The notes beneath the pieces were generated by a model. That model saw nothing but the letters and a program-made list of their open reading frames with translations. It ran no database searches and was not told the origin of the DNA. A stretch of 64,000 nt of DNA from Erysipelotrichaceae bacterium (GTDB taxonomy: Bacteria > Bacillota_I > Bacilli_A > RFN20 > CAG-449), in contig SVBA01000006.1 in NCBI GenBank assembly GCA_015059095.1, forward strand, positions 17,003 to 81,002. The letters are read 5' to 3'. A program made the translations under genes and the position numbers. Shown piece by piece: positions 61,439 to 64,000 of this stretch (position 1 is the stretch's first letter; each line of letters starts with the position of its first letter).

Positions 61439-61462
61439 AAAAAAGCCCCCATTTCTGGAAGC
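61439..61462 (-). terminator. Rho-independent terminator after rplS
   Basis: On the minus strand, GCUUCC-AGAAAU-GGGGGC (with G.U wobble pairs) is followed by UUUUUU, 28 nt after the rplS stop. Confidence 0.45.
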
Positions 61463-61489
61463 TTTATAATCACTTGCATTAAGCTCGAA

Positions 61490-61837
61490 TTAAAGAATTT
61501 CTTTAAGACGTGCGCTCTTGCCTGATCTTGTACGTAAGAAGTAGATTTTCTTTCTTCTAACCTTACCATGTTTTAATACTTCGATCGAAGCAATAGATGG
61601 GGAGTTTACTGGGAATGTTCTTTCTACACCAATACCAGATGACATTTTTCTTACGATAAATGTTTCGCCAACTCCTGAGCCGCGACGTGAAATGACAACA
61701 CCTTGGAATACTTGGATTCTTGATTTGCCACCTTCAATAATTCTAACGTTAACTTTAATAGTGTCACCAGTAACGAATTTTGGTAAATCAGTTCTGATTT
61801 GTGACTTAGTGATTTGTGCTACTAAATTGTTATTCAT
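61490..61837 (-). CDS. rplS: 50S ribosomal protein L19
   Basis: It is 115 aa. [29 protein letters not shown] is diagnostic of L19. The RBS is GAAAGGAG. Confidence 0.95.
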   Translation of the reverse strand: MNNNLVAQITKSQIRTDLPKFVTGDTIKVNVRIIEGGKSRIQVFQGVVISRRGSGVGETFIVRKMSSGIGVERTFPVNSPSIASIEVLKHGKVRRKKIYFLRTRSGKSARLKEIL

Positions 61838-62164
61838 AATTGAAACACGCTCCTTTCAAGTCAATATTTGTCGGATTCATAATTTGTAGATATTAGAGGA
61901 ATCTAACAACATGTTTTACCATGCGTGTTAATAATATCAAAGTATAAAACATATTTCAAGTAAAATTTGCAATTACTAAAATTTAATTTATCAATTAAAT
62001 AAATCTCTTAAAACACAAAAATCCCAAATTATTATCAAATATATTTCTTTTTAGTCTCATCTATATAATATAGAGAAAAAATGAGAATAATTTATTACAA
62101 AAATTACACTTTTTAAACACTTTTTGGGACTTTTTTGATAATATCCTCTTTTTTGCGATTTTCT

Positions 62165-62193
62165 TTGAAAAATACACTTTTCTCTAATATGAT
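62165..62193 (+). promoter_or_regulatory. Putative sigma-A promoter of a small orphan transcription unit
   Basis: TTGAAA is followed by 17 nt and then TATGAT. The predicted TSS is near 62200. Confidence 0.35.
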
Positions 62194-62302
62194 ATATTTG
62201 TCACTTAGGTGACTAGTCAAAGGAGTGTACGGCATGATAAGGAGCGTCTTCAGGGTACCATAGGCGCGAAAGGAGATTTACTAAGTGGAATTCTACTTAG
62301 TA

Positions 62303-62365
62303 ATGTTTACTATTATATTAGTCGTTATCGGCTACATATATACTAGACAAACTACCAAAAATTAG
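62303..62365 (+). CDS. Candidate 20-aa hydrophobic peptide MFTIILVVIGYIYTRQTTKN
   Basis: I translated it by hand. The SD GAAAGGAG (62268-62275) sits 7 nt from the ATG only if the intervening 20-nt hairpin CTAAGTGGAATTCTACTTAG is formed. It is preceded by a 9-codon ORF (62234-62263, MIRSVFRVP) with its own AAAGGAG at 8 nt spacing. Confidence 0.25.
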   Translation: MFTIILVVIGYIYTRQTTKN

Positions 62366-62408
62366 TAGTTAATCTACTTACGTGCCTGTATTATCCTAAA
62401 ACGAAGCA

Positions 62409-62446
62409 AAAGGATTAGGGCTGCTACCTAATCCTTTTGTATTTGT
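62409..62446. terminator. Strong GC-containing hairpin with T-rich tail, probably the terminator of the small transcription unit
   Basis: A perfect 12-bp stem AAAAGGATTAGG/CCTAATCCTTTT with loop GCTGCTA is followed by GTATTTG on the plus strand. On the minus strand it is followed by CUUCGUUUU. Confidence 0.45.
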
Positions 62447-62641
62447 GATATCTACTTACATGCTCACAATGTTATTATATTAAACTTTCTTCTATTATTC
62501 AACGTTTTCAACGAATATTATAAATATTTCAAACAAAATTATTACTCGATTACATAATATATTTTTACTCAATTTTATAAGAATCATTTTTTTCTGAACA
62601 AAAATTCGATAGTGTTTCCATCCTATATTCTTCAATAATTA

Positions 62642-63199
62642 TTAAATACTATTATCTAATGCATCATACATCTTTTTAAACGCTTTACCACAATATTCTT
62701 GAGTATTTAAAATAAGTTGTTCTAATCCACTAATTGTTCTTGATAAAGAATTTAACTTAGAAAAATAATCTCTACCAATAGTATAGTCAACATTTCTTAA
62801 TGTCACATCTAATTTATATGCTATTTCAAAAGCATTATAATCATATTTTTTACAAGCGTTAATGACTTGACTACTATATAAAATAATTTCTTGGAAGTCC
62901 TTATCATTTTCTTTTAAATAAATCGATAATACTTGAAAATAATAATATTTATCTACTTCTTTTTTAAAAGATTCATAAGTAGATGGAATTCTATTTTCAA
63001 TTCTACTAATAAAATTAGATGTTCTATCTACTATTTCAAAACACTTATCTGCAGCTTTTTGATCAATTAAAAGCATACTTACCCCAATCTTTTCAAAATA
63101 GTCAACTGCAGCAGCAATATTTTGATTTTTCAATAATCTAAGCGTTTCAATATAATTTCTTTTCATTTCTTTTAAATTTTCTTTAGTCATTTTAGCCAT
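62642..63199 (-). CDS. Hypothetical protein (185 aa, predicted all-alpha, no recognisable family)
   Basis: It is an intact ORF preceded by AGGTAAAATAGT ATG (SD AAGGTAA). It lies in the non-syntenic stretch between rplS and rpsP. Confidence 0.5.
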   Translation of the reverse strand: MAKMTKENLKEMKRNYIETLRLLKNQNIAAAVDYFEKIGVSMLLIDQKAADKCFEIVDRTSNFISRIENRIPSTYESFKKEVDKYYYFQVLSIYLKENDKDFQEIILYSSQVINACKKYDYNAFEIAYKLDVTLRNVDYTIGRDYFSKLNSLSRTISGLEQLILNTQEYCGKAFKKMYDALDNSI

Positions 63200-63289
63200 A
63201 CTATTTTACCTTCTTATTAATTAAATTATAAACAATTCTCCATTATACTTCTATAAATAAATAATTTTATATCTGTTAAGCAAAAACAC

Positions 63290-63318
63290 TTGACACCATT
63301 AATATAATAGTTTATTAT
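63290..63318 (+). promoter_or_regulatory. Putative sigma-A promoter of the rpsP operon
   Basis: A perfect TTGACA is followed by 17 nt and then TATTAT. The AGGAGG RBS lies 9 nt before the rpsP ATG. Confidence 0.45.
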
Positions 63319-63349
63319 ATCAAAGTGTTAAAAATAGGAGGCTAGAAAT

Positions 63350-63628
63350 ATGGCAGTAAAAATTAGATTAACAAGAACAGGTCGTCACGATGATGCATCT
63401 TACAGAATCGTAGTTGCAGATTCAAGATCACCAAGAGATGGTAGATACATTGAACAAGTTGGATACTATGCTCCAAAAGCTCAAGGTGCTACTCCAGCAT
63501 TAAAATTAGAAAAAGAAAAAATCTTAGGTTGGTTAGAAAAAGGTGCTACACCATCTGACACAGTAAGATCAATTCTTTCACACGAAGGTATCTTAAAAGA
63601 ATTTGCTGATAAAAAAGCATCTAAATAG
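63350..63628 (+). CDS. rpsP: 30S ribosomal protein S16
   Basis: [40 protein letters not shown] is the canonical S16 N-terminus. Confidence 0.95.
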   Translation: MAVKIRLTRTGRHDDASYRIVVADSRSPRDGRYIEQVGYYAPKAQGATPALKLEKEKILGWLEKGATPSDTVRSILSHEGILKEFADKKASK

Positions 63629-63639
63629 GAGTCCTATTT

Positions 63640-63900
63640 ATGGATTACATTAGTGCAATTCACAAGTTCATTGATCCAATTGTAGTCAAAAAAGATCAAG
63701 TTGTTATTACAGAATTACCAAATGAAAATCCAAAAGATCGTACTTTCTTAATCAAATGTGAAAAAGACGATGCAGGTAGATTAATTGGTAAAAAAGGTAT
63801 CACTGCTGATGCATTAAGAGAAGTTCTTTCAGTCGCAGGTAAAATGAATAACGAAAGAGTTCACATTAAATTTGTATCAGAAGAAACTGTTAGTGAATAA
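63640..63900 (+). CDS. KH-domain RNA-binding protein (YlqC-like)
   Basis: It is 86 aa. The KH core is GRLIGKKGITADALREVL. It sits immediately downstream of rpsP, as in Firmicutes. Confidence 0.85.
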   Translation: MDYISAIHKFIDPIVVKKDQVVITELPNENPKDRTFLIKCEKDDAGRLIGKKGITADALREVLSVAGKMNNERVHIKFVSEETVSE

Positions 63901-63906
63901 TTAATA

Positions 63907-63937
63907 AGGTGTGGAAACTCCACACCTTTTCTTTTAT
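63907..63937 (+). terminator. Intra-operon hairpin/attenuator between the KH gene and rimM
   Basis: AGGTGTGGA-AAC-TCCACACCT is followed by TTTCTTTTAT. Confidence 0.5.
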
Positions 63938-63958
63938 AATTATTGTGAGGTAAATATT

Positions 63959-64000
63959 ATGAAACTATTAACATTAGGTAAAATTATTAAAACAAAAGGA
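63959..64000 (+). CDS. rimM: 16S rRNA processing protein RimM, first 14 codons only (3'-truncated by the window)
   Basis: The ATG at 63959 is preceded by GAGG. The N-terminus MKLLTLGKIIKTKG resembles the RimM start. Its position after rpsP and the KH gene fits. Confidence 0.5.
   Translation, partial: MKLLTLGKIIKTKG

Noticed and set aside
62195-62300. Possible T-box or known riboswitch in the rplS-rpsP junction
   Set aside because: The segment CAGGGTACCATAGGCGCG only superficially resembles the T-box motif (AGGGUGGNACCGCG). No specifier-loop or antiterminator architecture is present, and no downstream plus-strand gene follows. It was therefore reported as an orphan small unit instead.
1-64000. 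CRISPR arrays, rRNA genes, IS elements
   Set aside because: No regularly spaced direct repeats, rRNA-like GC-rich blocks or transposase-like ORFs were seen anywhere in the window.

Overview
This window is a low-GC (~28-30%) chromosomal segment from an endospore-forming Firmicute, read in the standard genetic code, with Bacillus-like gene order. Nearly all genes are on the minus strand.

The minus-strand genes fall into several syntenic blocks:
- gltX-ispF-ychF
- a pair of fused ABC ATPase/FtsX-type permease genes
- a DUF951 gene, folD, miaA, mutL, mutS, a cotE-like gene, a lipoprotein gene, a ymcA-like gene and miaB
- spoVS-ymdB-rny-recA-cinA-pgsA, then RNase P RNA (rnpB) next to gpsB
- dnaD-nth
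- surE-cdaA-rdgB-mgtC
- polC-rseP-dxr-cdsA-frr-pyrH-tsf-rpsB-xerC-trmFO-topA-dprA-rnhB-rbgA-lepB-rplS

Plus-strand genes are:
- a 5'-truncated class A PBP at the window start
- a DEDDh exonuclease, recU and ponA
- tRNA-Val
- rpsP, a KH-domain protein and the start of rimM at the window end

The most interesting accessory content is:
1. A tripartite hipB-hipS-hipT-like toxin-antitoxin module (split HipA) between lepB and rplS. It has a clear autoregulatory promoter/operator region.
2. An operon encoding a large cytoplasmic MORN-repeat protein followed by an unusual fusion of a class-II nucleotidyltransferase head domain to a complete M19 dipeptidase domain.
3. A small promoter-to-terminator transcription unit (about 245 nt) at the rplS/rpsP strand-switch point. 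It encodes two tiny ORFs with Shine-Dalgarno sequences, one of them positioned by an SD-hairpin-ATG arrangement.
4. A GC-elevated cysteine-rich DUF11-like gene, possibly a spore-surface protein.
5. A membrane-anchored XRE regulator with an adjacent 32-aa peptide ORF and a lipoprotein gene.

No CRISPR array, rRNA, transposase or prophage gene was seen.
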